From the UHGV virus genome UHGV-0101699: 64,000 nt of DNA, one strand, 5' to 3'. Below are positions 26,667 to 40,100 of the stretch, one piece after another. The DNA comes from a virus. A program made the position numbers and the translations under genes. The notes under the pieces were generated by a model, which worked only from the letters and a program-made list of their open reading frames with translations, made no database searches and had not been told where the DNA came from. Numbering within the stretch: position 1 is the first letter of the stretch; each line of letters opens with the position of its first letter.

Positions 26667-28112
26667 TTAATTTAATTGCTCACTACTCATGGCCACGCCT
26701 GTATCGAAGGTATTCTGGTTTGTATTTATGGCGTCGCCCCCTTCTGATGAGTTAATTTTATTCTCCAGCGCTTCAACTCGTTTAATCAGGACCTTCACCG
26801 CCGCCAGCGTGTCCATCATTATCACGTTGTTGTCGAGCTGAAGGCGTTCACTGTTAACCTGCTTATTACCATCCAGGTACGAAATATTAACGTGTTTCAC
26901 GTATTGCTCGTCTACTTCCTCGGCCTGCTGCGCGATGATCCCCCGGCGGACGCGGTTCTGTTCGTCGTCGTTATAGACGAACGTCACCAGCTCCAGCGCC
27001 TTTATGCGGTCTACTGACTGCTGCCCATCAGTAGGCGTGATATCGTGCTTCAGGCGAGCGTCAGACGTCCCCAGAAACTGCACGCTACCGCGCTGGCTTC
27101 CGTAGATATTGCCGTCGGCCAGGAATTGCCAATACTGTATTGGTTGCGAAAATCCACCAACAGAAAGAATTAGTCGGTGGTTTGTCCCTACCTGCTCTTC
27201 GAACCACATAGCCGCCTGTCCACCATCAACGTTGCCATCACTACCGCGCGTACTAAATCTTGACGTAAAACGTGGCGCTTGTAACACGGTGCCATTTGCT
27301 ATGTTTCCAGGGTCAGTGTTTAATCTGGCAATGAAGGCTTGCCCGTACAGATCGCCGTACTGCGTAGCAATGCCATAAACCCCGAGACCGCCACGGACTC
27401 GCAGCCCCGGATAAACCGCTAAAGCCCCGTCTTCGGTGATAATTCGATGCGTATAATCTGCAGAGCTACCTTTGTGGTGAAAATCAATGTACGGCGTTGT
27501 GTCGCTGCTGATTTCCAGGTTTCCGGCGTCGATGGCAGTGAACTGTGTATTGCTATTCTTCCTGAGAATTTGCCCTGCAGCCGTTATAGTGGCACTGAAA
27601 GTAACCCCCTTACTGAATATCTGCGTCTGTGTGAACGTGTTTGCTGCGCTCGTCTTCGCTGAATCTTTCAGTGAGTTCCTGAGTTCCGCGAGGTCAGATG
27701 CTTTCGCCATCCCAGATACAGCAGGAACAGTCACAGACGTACCTGTTATAGGGTCTGTCATCGTAATGTCGCCGCTTCCGGTCAGGGCTGTAGACCATCC
27801 TTGGACAACGTTACGCCAAAGAGTAAATGCACTGGCTAGTTGGTTCGCAAAAGACGATGTGCTGGCAGTTTCTGACGTGATAATTCCATATTTCGCACCA
27901 GAAAAAGCAGTTGTTATGTTTCTCGTCAGGGTCAGTTGAGTGTCATTATTTACTGATTTGATGGCATACAGATCAGCACTTCCATTGCGATAAATGACTA
28001 AAATTGAACCCTCTTGAATACCAAGTGCGGGCTCCGACCACTTTGTTGAAATACCAGTAACCTTTGCCTGGTTTGCTGCACCCGTTACGGTGCCAACTTC
28101 ATACATTGCCAT
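26667..28112 (-). CDS. side tail fibre with C-terminal intramolecular-chaperone (peptidase S74-like) domain
   Basis: 481 aa; C-terminal SDARLKHDITP...IKALELVTFVYND... matches S74 autoproteolytic chaperone signature (S-D-x-R-L-K). Confidence 0.75.
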   Translation of the reverse strand: MAMYEVGTVTGAANQAKVTGISTKWSEPALGIQEGSILVIYRNGSADLYAIKSVNNDTQLTLTRNITTAFSGAKYGIITSETASTSSFANQLASAFTLWRNVVQGWSTALTGSGDITMTDPITGTSVTVPAVSGMAKASDLAELRNSLKDSAKTSAANTFTQTQIFSKGVTFSATITAAGQILRKNSNTQFTAIDAGNLEISSDTTPYIDFHHKGSSADYTHRIITEDGALAVYPGLRVRGGLGVYGIATQYGDLYGQAFIARLNTDPGNIANGTVLQAPRFTSRFSTRGSDGNVDGGQAAMWFEEQVGTNHRLILSVGGFSQPIQYWQFLADGNIYGSQRGSVQFLGTSDARLKHDITPTDGQQSVDRIKALELVTFVYNDDEQNRVRRGIIAQQAEEVDEQYVKHVNISYLDGNKQVNSERLQLDNNVIMMDTLAAVKVLIKRVEALENKINSSEGGDAINTNQNTFDTGVAMSSEQLN

Positions 28113-28164
28113 AATTACATTCCTTGTAATTTTAATGAGCGGCTCTCAAAGAGCCGCCTGAAAC

Positions 28165-31100
28165 TTAAGCCAGAGAGATGGAGCCAGTAGTTCTGTACAT
28201 CGAGACAACCCCTGTAAACCGGAACTGACCGCTATCGCCACGATTCGGCCACTGAATGGTAATCTGGTGACGTTGACCGAAGTTTGACGCCGGGATACGG
28301 ATTGAGAAGATTGATGTTTCAAAGTCCTTGCCATCGTTTCCAGAGTCAAAAGTCCAAACGGTCGTTTCATCAACGCGAATTGTTACGTTCTGACGCCATA
28401 CCTGAACAATCGCAACGGAACCATTGAACACCATACGCCGTTCAAAGGGCATACCGTCAATCGTTGCAATCAGGTAGCGCGTGCCGGATGAGGTATTCCC
28501 GGAAGCTGGCCAGTTTTTAACAACACGGTCGGTCATTGTCACAACGTCACCAACAATTTTATTGGCCTGAACAGTGCCAAGCACAGTGCAGTTCTCGTTA
28601 ATAGTCACGTTATTAAGCACACCAGTATTTGCGTGAACTTCACCACGAATAACTACGTTGTTGAACTGTGAACTACCGTCTTTTCCAATTCTCCAGCCAC
28701 TTGAACCGTTAACGAAATTGTCAGATCGGATTTCACCGCCAATTTTTGCATTGGTGATGGAGCCATCCTTAATCACAGCGGCATTCATGTAGGCAACGCC
28801 ATTTTCCACAACAAATGGTGTGGTCGTGTTTCCGTTAGAGGTATTGATTAAGCCGAAGCGATCAGCCTGAACCAGAAACTGGCTCTGCAAATTTTTGCCA
28901 TCGATACCTAAAGCGATACCAGCAGCATACTTTTTACCGTTGCTGTTGGTTTCCATTTTGACCATCCAGGTACTGTTAACGTTGCCGTTTTCGACAACCG
29001 TTTTCTTCAGCTCCTGCAGCTCGGCTGACTGGCCTCCTACCTGAGCTGTCAAATTCGTCTGCTGCTGAGACAGTGCGCTTATCGTTGTGGCCTGGGTCTG
29101 CTGAGTTGACTTAATTGCCGCCAGAGAGGTGGTGGCGTTATTCAACTCCGTCTGGTTTTTGATGTTTGCCGATGCCTGCGCGTCAATTTGCGACTGCAAG
29201 CTGGTATTCAGCGACGACTGCGTTTTCTCGTTGTTGGTGATGGTCTGCGCCATCTGATCAACCTTCGAAGACGCATCATTCACCTGGGACGTCAAAGAGG
29301 ACAGCTGAGACGCCTGGGATGTCACCTGCCCTTCTACATAGGTAACACGTGAGGTAAGGCTGGTGAGCGCGGATGCGTTCGCATTAGCCGAATCCTGTGC
29401 CTCTTTTGCGTCCGTGATATCGGTGACAACAACGTCATCGATATATAGATCATACCCCGGTGTACCAGTGCCAGTTGTGCCGCGGGTAGATACCCAAAAT
29501 GCGCCGCGAGTGTGGCCAGCGGCTACACGGAGCGTACCGGTGAATTTCTTCCATGCGCCTCTTGCACCCAATGCGGCTTCATTGATAGTGATTGCCGTCG
29601 GCCAGTTATTGTTGTTGGCAGCGTTTTGGGTCTGCAAACCAACGAGCGTTGACCACCCAGAGGATGGCGACTGATCTGCCGGCATCATCGCCCAGAGTTC
29701 AATGCGGAATACCGCATTTTCACGCAGAGCAATCCACTTACCGATGGTTTTATCGCTGTTTCCGCCCTCACCGGCGCTGCGGGAAACACGCAACGACTTC
29801 GTTCCGCTTCGTTTCTGAGAGCTGACGACGACCGCACGCGAGCCGCTGATCTGCTGGTTTTCGGAGTACGTCTCCAGAGAACCATCAAACCACGGGTTGC
29901 TCCCCATCGCCTGAACAGTGCTCAAAGAGTTTTTGAGCGAAGTTGTCTGGCTGCTCTGGGTTTCAATTTCTTTCTCGTTCTGCGTGACGCGGTTCGTTAA
30001 TGCCGTTAACGCAGCTGCATCCGCTTTCTTCGAAACATTTGTGTTTGTGGTCGCAAGGTCATTCTTAAGTTGCGTAACCTGGCTGCCCTGGCTGGTGATG
30101 TCATTCTCTGTCTTGGTCACACGACTATCGAGTTTAGTGATCGCGCTCGAGTTCGCCTGAGTTTCAACAGAGTCGGTCACATCGACGACATAAAAATCAT
30201 CAAAGTACATCGCGCCTGCGGACAAGAAAGCAGTGAACTGAACGTCAGCAACGACATCCTTTGTCGCCTTCCAGGTCCAGGACACTTCCTGCCAGTTCGA
30301 AGTGAACGGGCCATAAGCCTTACTTGCGATTAGACCGTTACCTTCTGCCACACGGAATTTTGTGTTGTCAGTCGACTGAATGGTGGTATTAGGGTCCTGC
30401 TTTGCCCAGATGCCAATTTTGTACGACCGATCCTTTTTGAAGGAGATCTTCTGGCCCACGCCTGCAGAACCACCCGCCGCCAGTTTGGCGGCTTTGGTGC
30501 CAAGATGTGGAACCTGCAGCGTTACCACCGTGGCAATCCCGCTCCAGCCTGTATAGCCCTCCGTACCACGCTCAAAAGACGGGTTTACGATCAGGTTCCC
30601 GGGGATCTGGCTTGCTGCATCCACGCTGGCGTTACTGGACGCAAGGCTGTTTTCCAGTGCCGTTGTCGAGGAGCTCAGGGAGTCAATATTATCCCCCTGG
30701 GTCTTCACTGTGTTCTGGAGCGTGGTAATTGCCGACGCGTTCGCATCAGCCTTCATCATCACACCGCCGGCGGCGCCCAGTCCCATCATTACCCCGTTCA
30801 CAAACTCGACTGAGGTCGAGATGTGGGCGGTGCCGTCGCCACCGGTTGGCGCACGCAGTTCCAGACCATCGCCAGGCTTCATGCCTTTGCGGCCAAGGAG
30901 AATGTAGGCACCACGATACGGTAGAGAGTTGACGACTTCGGATGTGCCACCAAGAGATTCCAGGGCAGACAATACTTTACCTCGGTTGCCAGTTGGCTCA
31001 TCGAATGTCAGGACACAAACGTAAGTCCCACTGGCCAGTGCCTCGATATCAGCCGACATCGTGGCACCATTATTCGCGCTGCCAAAGACATCGTATGTTT

Positions 31101-34100
31101 TGGATGTCGCAATCACCGTTGATCCGTCGCTGTGTTTTGCAAAAGTGACCAGCGCCCAGCTGCGACCAGGGGTAAACAGGTTTTTGCCGCTTTCATCAAA
31201 AACCCCAGGAGTTACGCTGTTGCCATTCCCCCGTGCAGTGACAGTAAACACAGTGCGACGGTTCATCGAGGCCTGCAGGCTGGTAATGCTACTGTTCGCC
31301 GCGGTTAAATCGCCCCCCTGAGATGTCACCGTGTTCCGGAGATCCTGCAATGCAGAAGCATCAGCTTTCTTGGCAATATTGTTCTGAGCTGTCGACAGCC
31401 CGTTCTCCAACGATGTGGTGCGATTTCCGATAGAGCTAATGGAAGTGCCTTGCTGATTCACTTTCGTTGTCAGCGAATCCACAGCCGACGCACTGGCGCT
31501 ATCAGACGGAGACTCGTTCCAGTCGGAAACAACGTTACCTACCTCAAACTTCGGACTGTTGATGTACACCGTCTGGTCTTTGGAGGTATTGCTCTCGATA
31601 CGGCACAGAATCAGGCGCTTGGTGCCCGTGGTAGGTGTCTGTTTCCACTTAACCCAATAGCGGGCCCATGAAGTGGTCAGCGTGAACTGCGCACGACCAT
31701 CAGTGTTGTTACCTTTCGCACCCTGGCTGGTCTCGATAGACGTTGTGGTGTTCGGATTGTAGAAGAACGCCGTCATCGTCTGGCCAGTAACGCCGCCTTT
31801 CGCATAGAAGCTGTAAACGTACTCACCTGCATCGACCGGCGACTCAAGCGTGATTTCCCGCAGATCCTTGTAACCGGAGCCGGCTTTTACAGTTGCGCCA
31901 ATTACCGCATTACCACGATACGTATCGCTGACAACGTTCGACCAGCCGGTCATATCGCCGGAGTTCTTGATCAGGTTTGTACCGCCGACAGAAATTGCAT
32001 CAACCTTGTTGTTCAGATTCGTGACAGAAGAACTCGTTGAGTTAATGTCTTTTTCGGTCTGGGTAACACGGTTGGTCAGTGCCGTCAGAGCATTTGCGTC
32101 CGCTTTTTGAGCAACGTTTGCATTTGTTGTTCTCAAATTGTTCTCAAGATTGGTAGTGCGTGTACCAATACTTAAGATGTTCTCCCCCTGCTGATTTACC
32201 GTAGAGGTCAGCGAATCAACCGCTTTCGCCGTGGCGTCGAGGGAATCCTGGACTTTGGAGGAGTCGGTTACGTTCCGCAGATGCCAGTCAGTCACATACC
32301 AGACGGTGCCGAATGGGCTGGACTGGTTAATTTGCAGGAATGGACGGAAGAAGCCGCGATCGACAATCCCCTGAGTAATTTTGAATCGCCAGGTTACTCG
32401 CTGCCATGTGGCCGACGCCTTGCGGTTGCCGCCGGATGACAGAGGCGCGCCCACGCTGCCGCTTGGCCTTGTTGCGGTTCCGAGATACAGGTTGAAATCA
32501 GCGGAGCCGGTACCACACGCGACGAGAGCAGACATTTCATAGACATCCCCCAATGTCGCCGGAATAGCAGCAAAATTTGGGTGATGGTCGCGAGCCGCAA
32601 TGCGTGCGACATAAGCGTATGGGCAATTGGCTGGCACGCCCTCAGACGAGCTGGAAACCACAGTGAAGCCCATCTGACTAAACTCTGGGTCAAATGTCGG
32701 GTTGCTAATCAAATCGCCACTTGTCGCATTCCCTGCGCGTACAGATGAATTAAGCGCAGTGATACTGCTATTCGCAGAGGATAAGCCCGACTCTGTTTGA
32801 TCGACGCGCCCGGACAACACGCTTAAAGCGCTCTGATCCGCTTTTTTACTGACGTTGTTATTGGTCGTTGCCAGGTCATTTGTCAGTTTGGTGATGCTGT
32901 TACCCTGACTGGTGATCTGGTCACCCTGTTGGGAGACGGTCGAGTCCAGTGTCGAAATCGCATTGGCGTTAGCATCTGCTGTACTTTGCGCATTGTAGGC
33001 ATCAGTTACTTCGGTAATGACCAGGTCATCAATGAGGAATGAGTTTCCCGCCTTAACGCTGCTAACGTTAGGAATAGAAATCCTCACCATTGCCTGCTTA
33101 ATACCGCTCTTCGTTGATTTCAGGTAACCAGAAACCTTCGTCCATTGAGTTGAAGAGAGATCCTTTGCCGCTTTGGTAACTGCCGGCCACTGCCAGGAGT
33201 TGTCCTGATACTGGAGCGACAAACCGATAGAGATCTGTGCATTCTCGGCCATAGCGGTACTCTTGGCATCCCGCTTAACCCAGCATTCCATATAGAAGAC
33301 TGCGTTATCGCGTACCTGGAAACCGCTGAAAATGTGATTATCGCTGTTATCAGTTGCGTTAGCGTTGTAATCATTCGGACGCGTCACACGGATGCACTTA
33401 TTACCGCCATGCGAGTCATCAGTGGTCACGATAACGCGATTATTTGATAGATTGTGGCCAACCGCGTAGCTTTCAAAAGTGCCATCAGGAAGCAGATTAG
33501 CGCCGCGTTTGGATTGCTGGTTCAGAGAGCTGCTGAGCGACGTAATGTTGCTGTTCGCCGCCGTCAGACCGGACTCCGTCTTCTCTACCCGACCTGTCAG
33601 CGTAGTGACTGCCGACTGATCGGCCTTTTTCGCGATGTTTGCGTCAGCGGCTTCGAGGTCATTGGTCAACTTAGTGATGCTGTTGCCCTGGCTGGTGATT
33701 TTGTCACCCTGCTGTGTCACCGTGCTCGACAACGTAGACAGCGCATCGCTATTAGCCTTGATCTTCACCTCATCCGTGATATCAAAGACCTTAAATGTAT
33801 CAACCCAGATTTCGGCATTAGCCGGGTGCGCGTAAAGCTTAAAGTTCTGGCCATCAGCGTTAGAGGCAGTAAGTCCAGTCTCCCAGGTAATGGTCTGCCA
33901 CTCACTGGTTAGTGTGACGTTTTTATCTTCATAATTGCTGTCGGTCTGGCCGATTTTATTCTGGCGCCGGATCAACATGTTCATCGCCCCGGACACGCCC
34001 TTGGCTTTAACCACAACACGATATTTGCGCTGACCATTAAGCGGCAGCGGCTTGTTGTTGTTGGAGAAGATGCCTGGGCTGGTAGTGGTCGTCCGGTTCA

Positions 34101-37100
34101 GCTTAACCCCAGCCTTACCATCACCGAAGTTGCCGAAAGTGACGCCTGCCGGATACTGGGTATCCCACGCAGTTGCACCCTGCAGGAAATCGTAGTTCGG
34201 GATCAGGTTGTCACCGGCGTTTCTGGCAGCGGTCAGGGTGTTATTCAGGTTCGTGATGCTGTTACCCTGGCTGGAAATCGTATCCCCCTGCTTGGAGACC
34301 GTATTTTGCAGCGTAGACAGCGCCTGTGCATCTGCCTTATTCGCCAGATTAGCGTTGGTCTGTTCGAGGCTATTTCGCAGGTCAGTAACGCTCTGTGAGG
34401 TGCTCGTGACGCGATCACCTACGGTGCTGACGTTTGAGGTGACGGCGCTAATGGCATTCGAAAGCGCGTTCATCCCAAGAGCAGAATTCAGCTGGGCTAC
34501 CTTCTCGGACAGTTTAAAACCGAGGTTAATGTAAGCCTGACCAGTCCATTGGTTCACCAGGAACTCAACCGTGCTCCAGCCAGCTTTCAGATCAAAGCTA
34601 ACCGTATTCCAGCTCGCATTACCAAAGGCAACCCTAACACCGTTCACGTACACGGCGCCCGTATCATCAAAAACACGAGAACCTGGTGCCATAGTGATGG
34701 TGGTATCAGCATTGACTTTCACGAAGGCTTTGTAATGCGCGATCACGTAACTGCCGGCGCTCGCAAAGTCCAGTTTTGCCGCGTCAGGAACCTCATCGAT
34801 CGAGATTGGCGCCTTACCGTTGATATCGCTAAAGGTCGGCTCAGTGGTATTGTTCGCCAGTTGTACGTTGTATACGCTACGCACCCACATGTTCTGGCGG
34901 CCGTTAACCATCTGGTTTGACAGCGAAGTGATGCTGTTGGAGTTCGACGTAATGTCTTTTCCCTGCTGGGTCACGGTGCTGTTGAGGGTTGATAACGCAT
35001 TGGACGTCGCATCAATCGCTTTCTCATTGCTCACGTCAACGCAGAAGACGTCATCGAGATACATATAGCCGGAAGCGACACTTGCGCGCAGAGACACAAC
35101 CACGCTGGCGGTTTTGGCTGGCGTATACTCGCCGCTAATAAGTGCCCAGTTAGTCGACAGCCCGGCGCCGGTGATCGGGATATCCTTTAACGGCGTCAGA
35201 TCTGCGTTTCGAAGGCTAATCTTGTTGTTGCCGGCATTATTGATCGCGAAGTCAGCGGATTTGCGAACCCATGCGCCGATACGATAAGTCTTGCCAGCCT
35301 GCAGCTCGACCGTTTGATTGCAGCCTGAGTCACCGCCAGAGGCCAGTTTACCCGCCTGGATGATGTATTTCCCCGATTTGGGGTTTTGGGCCTCCAGCAG
35401 AGTCCAACCAACATACTCCCAACCTTCGAAACCACGTTCAAAAGAGTTGTTTTTGAGCATGTTGCCGATGATCGCTTTCGAGGCATCCGCATCAGCATTG
35501 GCGTTATCCAGCGAGTTTGACAGGCTGGTGATGCTCTGGGACTGGCTGGAGATCTGATTTTCGGCAGCAGTTACGCGGTTTGTCAGATTAGTCACAGCTG
35601 AGGCGTCGGCTTTGTTCTTGATGCTGTTCTGCATCGAAGTGATCTGCTGCCCTTGGCTGGTAATGGTGCCCTCAACAGACGATACCCGAGAGGTCAGAGC
35701 ATTGGTGGCACTGGCGTTCGCCTCAATCGCCAGGGCATCAGTGACGTCAACAAAACCAACATCATCGAAGTACTGGGAACCGGTTTTGAGAGAAGACATG
35801 ATCGATACGTCAACTTTACCGGTCAGCGTCGCCTTCCAGGTATCAGAGACCTCTTTCCATGTTTCATCTTTGGGCAGATTCTCCGGACGGATCGGAATCT
35901 CTTTGAGCAACGTGGCTGCGCCAATACGCAGTTTGTTGTTGCCAGGGCTGCTGATTACCGCATCCGTGGTGCAGCGCACAAAAGAGGACAGCTTGTATGT
36001 CCGCCCTTCGACGACGCTTACAGATTGCGTGATTTGCACCGTGCCAGCGGCGCAAACAAGAATTTTACTACCAGAATGGGGCGCACTCGCCTTGATAATA
36101 CTGGATACGCTGTTCCCTGCAGACCACCCTGCCAGGTCACGCTCAAAGGAGGCGTTAACCAGCAAATTGCTCGGATTGCTTTTGGCAGTATCGGTATCGC
36201 TCTGGATATCGCTCAGCGAGTTATTCAGGGTGGTGATGCTTTCACTCTGGCTGCTAAGGGTTTTATCCTGCTGGGTTACGGTCGACTGCAGACCCGTGAT
36301 CGCCTTGCTATTCGCAGACACACCAGACTCAACACTTCCTACGCGATTGTCCAGCGTAGACAATGCCGCACCTTGTGATTTAAGGGTGTTGCCCTGCTCT
36401 TCAACCTTCTGGGAAATTGTCTGTACTGCACTGGCATCGGCCTTCTGGCCAAGGCTTGTTTGCAACCCGGTAATCTTGCTTGCCTGGGAAGCTTGTTCAG
36501 TGGACAGCGTATGCAGCTCTTCTGCAACAGAGGCTTTGTTTCTGTTGAATTCAGTCTGCAGGGATTCACGCGCACTCGCTTCCGCAGCATCGGCAGTGAT
36601 ACGAGCATTTTTCTCCTGATAGATCAGACCGGAGCGAATGTCGTCCAGATTTCCGCTTTCAGATGAACCGCGGATTTGTGCAGCCAATGTGCTGCGCGCC
36701 TGCGCTTCGGCGGTATCTGCATTCGCACGAGCCTGCTGCTCTTCCTGTAACGCGGCCATGCCTGCGCCCGGCGTCGGTCGACCAACGGCGATCCAGTCGA
36801 ATAACAGGTAATTGTCCGCATCCTGACCCGAAGTGAAATCGAAGCGGAAACGACGAATCGTTGTCGAATCCCGCCACTCAATGTCGTGCAGGGTCAGAAT
36901 CGCAATACCCTTGTCGTCGTATTCCGGCTCATTGATAACCACGGAGCGACCAGCATTCCAGCCAGTTTCATCAGCGCCGATCCAGAACATTCTGGCGTTC
37001 CAGGTTGGGTTGCCAACCTTTTTAACGCGCATCTTAATGAAACGATAAGCATGGGCATCGATCGTCAATCCGTTAGGGGAACGACAGGTTGAGGTCGGAT

Positions 37101-40100
37101 TGTTCGCTTTCAGCCAGCCATCGCTGGTGACGCTCATTGGCGTGTAGCCATTATCATCTTCCGTCCAGCCTTCGGCGTCCTGGTCGAAATACCAGATTTT
37201 CAGAGAGTCAAACTGTTCCCCTGTGCCAGCGGCAATCTGCGAGATCTGTCGCGCGAGGTTTTCGTCACCGGAGGTCACAACCTCAGACAAGCTATCGATA
37301 GAGGTTTTCAGCTCATTCTTCGCGCTCAGCAGTTGGTCGGCCGCTTGCTTGGCTGCATCATTAACATCTGCAATACGGTCATTCGTCTCTTTCTGAATGG
37401 CCGCAGTCAAATCTTTGCTGGTCTGGGACAGCGACGTTGTCAGTGATGACTGCGCTTTCTTAATCTCCTGCGACAGAGCAGCGTCGCCGTCTTTAATCGA
37501 CTGTTTTGCAGCTTCAATTTGGCTGTTTACATTGGAGATGTTGGTATTGATCGTCTGGTTGACCGTATCGATATTGTCGACAATTGTCTGATTGACGGTA
37601 TCAATGTCCTCTTTCAGCGACTGATTGACAGAGTCAACCTGCGCCTTAATTTCGGAGGAGGTTTGCGCAAGGTCGTTTTCAACTTGCTGAATAGACTCGT
37701 TGACTGAGTTCTGAACCTCGCCAATGGCGTTGTCTACCGCCTCCTGAGTGGCTTTGCTGTCGATTTCGTCGAGCAGCTCTTTGCCGAGTTCAGAAGATGT
37801 GATCTTGTCTTTCAGGAAAGACAATACGTCGCGAGTGGTGGCCTCTGTACCGAGGTTCGAGTTCGGCTGGCCTACCATCCCACGTTTGTTTACCGCACGA
37901 ATCCAGTAATACCAGGTCTCGTTGTCACCCAGCCCAGCGTGAGTGAAAGTCGTTGTGGCGGCCTGAGCAATGAGTGTCGCGGTGTCCAGCTTATTTGTTT
38001 TGGACGCATACACGTTGATCTGCGCGAGGTCGACTGAATCAGGGTTAACCCAATTCAATACCACGTTACGATAATCCCCCACCGCGGTCAGTGATGTGGG
38101 CGCCCCTGGCGGCGTCATCGTGCCTTTTACCTGATAGACAGCAGTAATAATCTCGGATTTTTTGCCGCCGAAGGAAACGGAATACAGCTGGAAGTCATAT
38201 CGCCCATTTTCGGCAACATTGACGATTTCATATTGTTCTTCCGTGGCGCGGGCAGATTGCCAGTTGGAGACGTTGCCCTCGTCGGAGCGGCGCCAGCTGA
38301 CCCAGTATTCTGGTGATTTACCTTCCCAGGCAAGCATCAGCTTCACGGACAAGTTGCCCGGACTGGACAGATAGGTGCCTTCTGAGATGACCAGATTGCT
38401 CGGTTTGGAATATGTGGGATCAAGAACCGTCGTATTTTCTGGAACGAGCGCGGCCCCGTTATCAATCGCCTGGTACTTAGATGCATTGTTCTGCACCACC
38501 GTGATATCAAACGACCCCGGGGTTTCACCTTGCGCGATAGCGACAACGCGCGCCCGCATTGGAACCAGGTCTGGTTCGGTGATCGTCCAGACGCCATTCG
38601 CTACTGGTTGATCGGCTGTGGCCAACGCCGTCTTGAAGGTAACTTTAGTGATGTTGTCGCCGGTCTCGTTGATGTCTCGCTCAACGATTTTGCCTTCCTG
38701 ATTGATGATGCGGATGAAGCTACCGCTCTTTTTCAGAGAGACAGGTGCATCGAGGGTGATGCTGTTTTTGGTGAAAGAGACAATGCGACCGGAATTGCGT
38801 TTGCCGGCACGATATTTGTTCTGAATCAGAACGGTTTCGCCCGGCATCAGGAACGAGGCGTCCAGGCCCGCGGTAAAGGTGATCATGTCTGACTCCATAC
38901 GCGCGGTATAGAGCAGCCACAAACCTACACGATGAGCCTGACCACGGCTGGTGCATCCGAACGCAACGGCCTCGGTCTTGCGCTCCCCGTATCGGGCCAT
39001 CGCTTCCTGATCTTCAACATACTCAACGTTCTGCTTATAGCCGTCTTGTTTGTTGTTATAAGTGATCAGCGCTACGGACGGCCGGTCTTTTCGAGCAGAG
39101 CCTTTATAGGTAAACAGGCCATCTTTTACGTTTGCGTTGGTAAACAGCATGACAGGGTCAGACGGGCTGTCCTGCATGATATTCACCATGCCACCAGCCC
39201 AGAAAACCATGCCACGGAAAGCGCCGGCAATATCCTGAATCAGACGATAAGCGTCCTGACGACTGGTGATCTGGGTGTTGATTGCAAAGCGTTTTTCTTT
39301 GCCGCCAAAGCCATCATCAACCTCTTCGTCGCAGTAGCGACCGATCTGATAAAGCTGGCCAAGGTCAATCATTGACTCCGAAACAAATTTGCCGAGGCCA
39401 TAACGAGCATTGGTCAGCAGATCGAACAGAATCCAGGCAGGGTTGGAAGACGACAGAAGCTTAAATGTTCCATCCCAAACGCCGTTATAAGTGTTCGTAT
39501 TTTCATCATAATTCGAAGGCACACGGATTTTGAGGCCACGGATAAGATACGAACGTGACGGCATAGAGCTACCAAACTGCTCAGAGTTAACCTTAAGGCC
39601 AACCAGAACGGAGTTCGGGTAGTTCATTGGGGTATCAACGATCTCACCGATAGAGTCGACCCAGGTATCGTTAAAGAGATACTGATCGTTGCTGTCGGCG
39701 GAGAGACGAAGCACGCGCACTTTATAGGCACGCCCAGGCTTTGGAAGCTGGATTTCGTAACTGCGGTAGTAGACACCAGTCTTTTTCGCAGTCAGCGTCA
39801 CGTCAGAGCTGCTCTCACCTGTAGCAATCACGTCATAGAAAGAGCCATTGCCATTGGCCAGCTGGAACTTAAACTGGACAGAAGTACCGTTTGTGTCCCC
39901 TGTTTTCTTGTCAATGCTACGCAGCGACGGGAACTTCATGATCACTCGGACACGATCAGCGTCGTCGTTATCGATGGCGACCGTAACCGCGTTTGTGGTT
40001 TTCAGCTGTGTGTTAACGGCCTTTGGCGTTTCGACAAAATCGAAACCAGGCATCGGGCTTTGGTCTTGCGAACCATCCCGGAAATCCCAGGTTACACCGG

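Noticed and set aside
28128-28150. Hairpin GCGGCTCT-CAA-AGAGCCGC between J stop and tail-fibre start as a terminator
   Set aside because: The downstream tract is A/T-rich but not a U-run, and the fibre gene follows at once. At most it is an attenuator.
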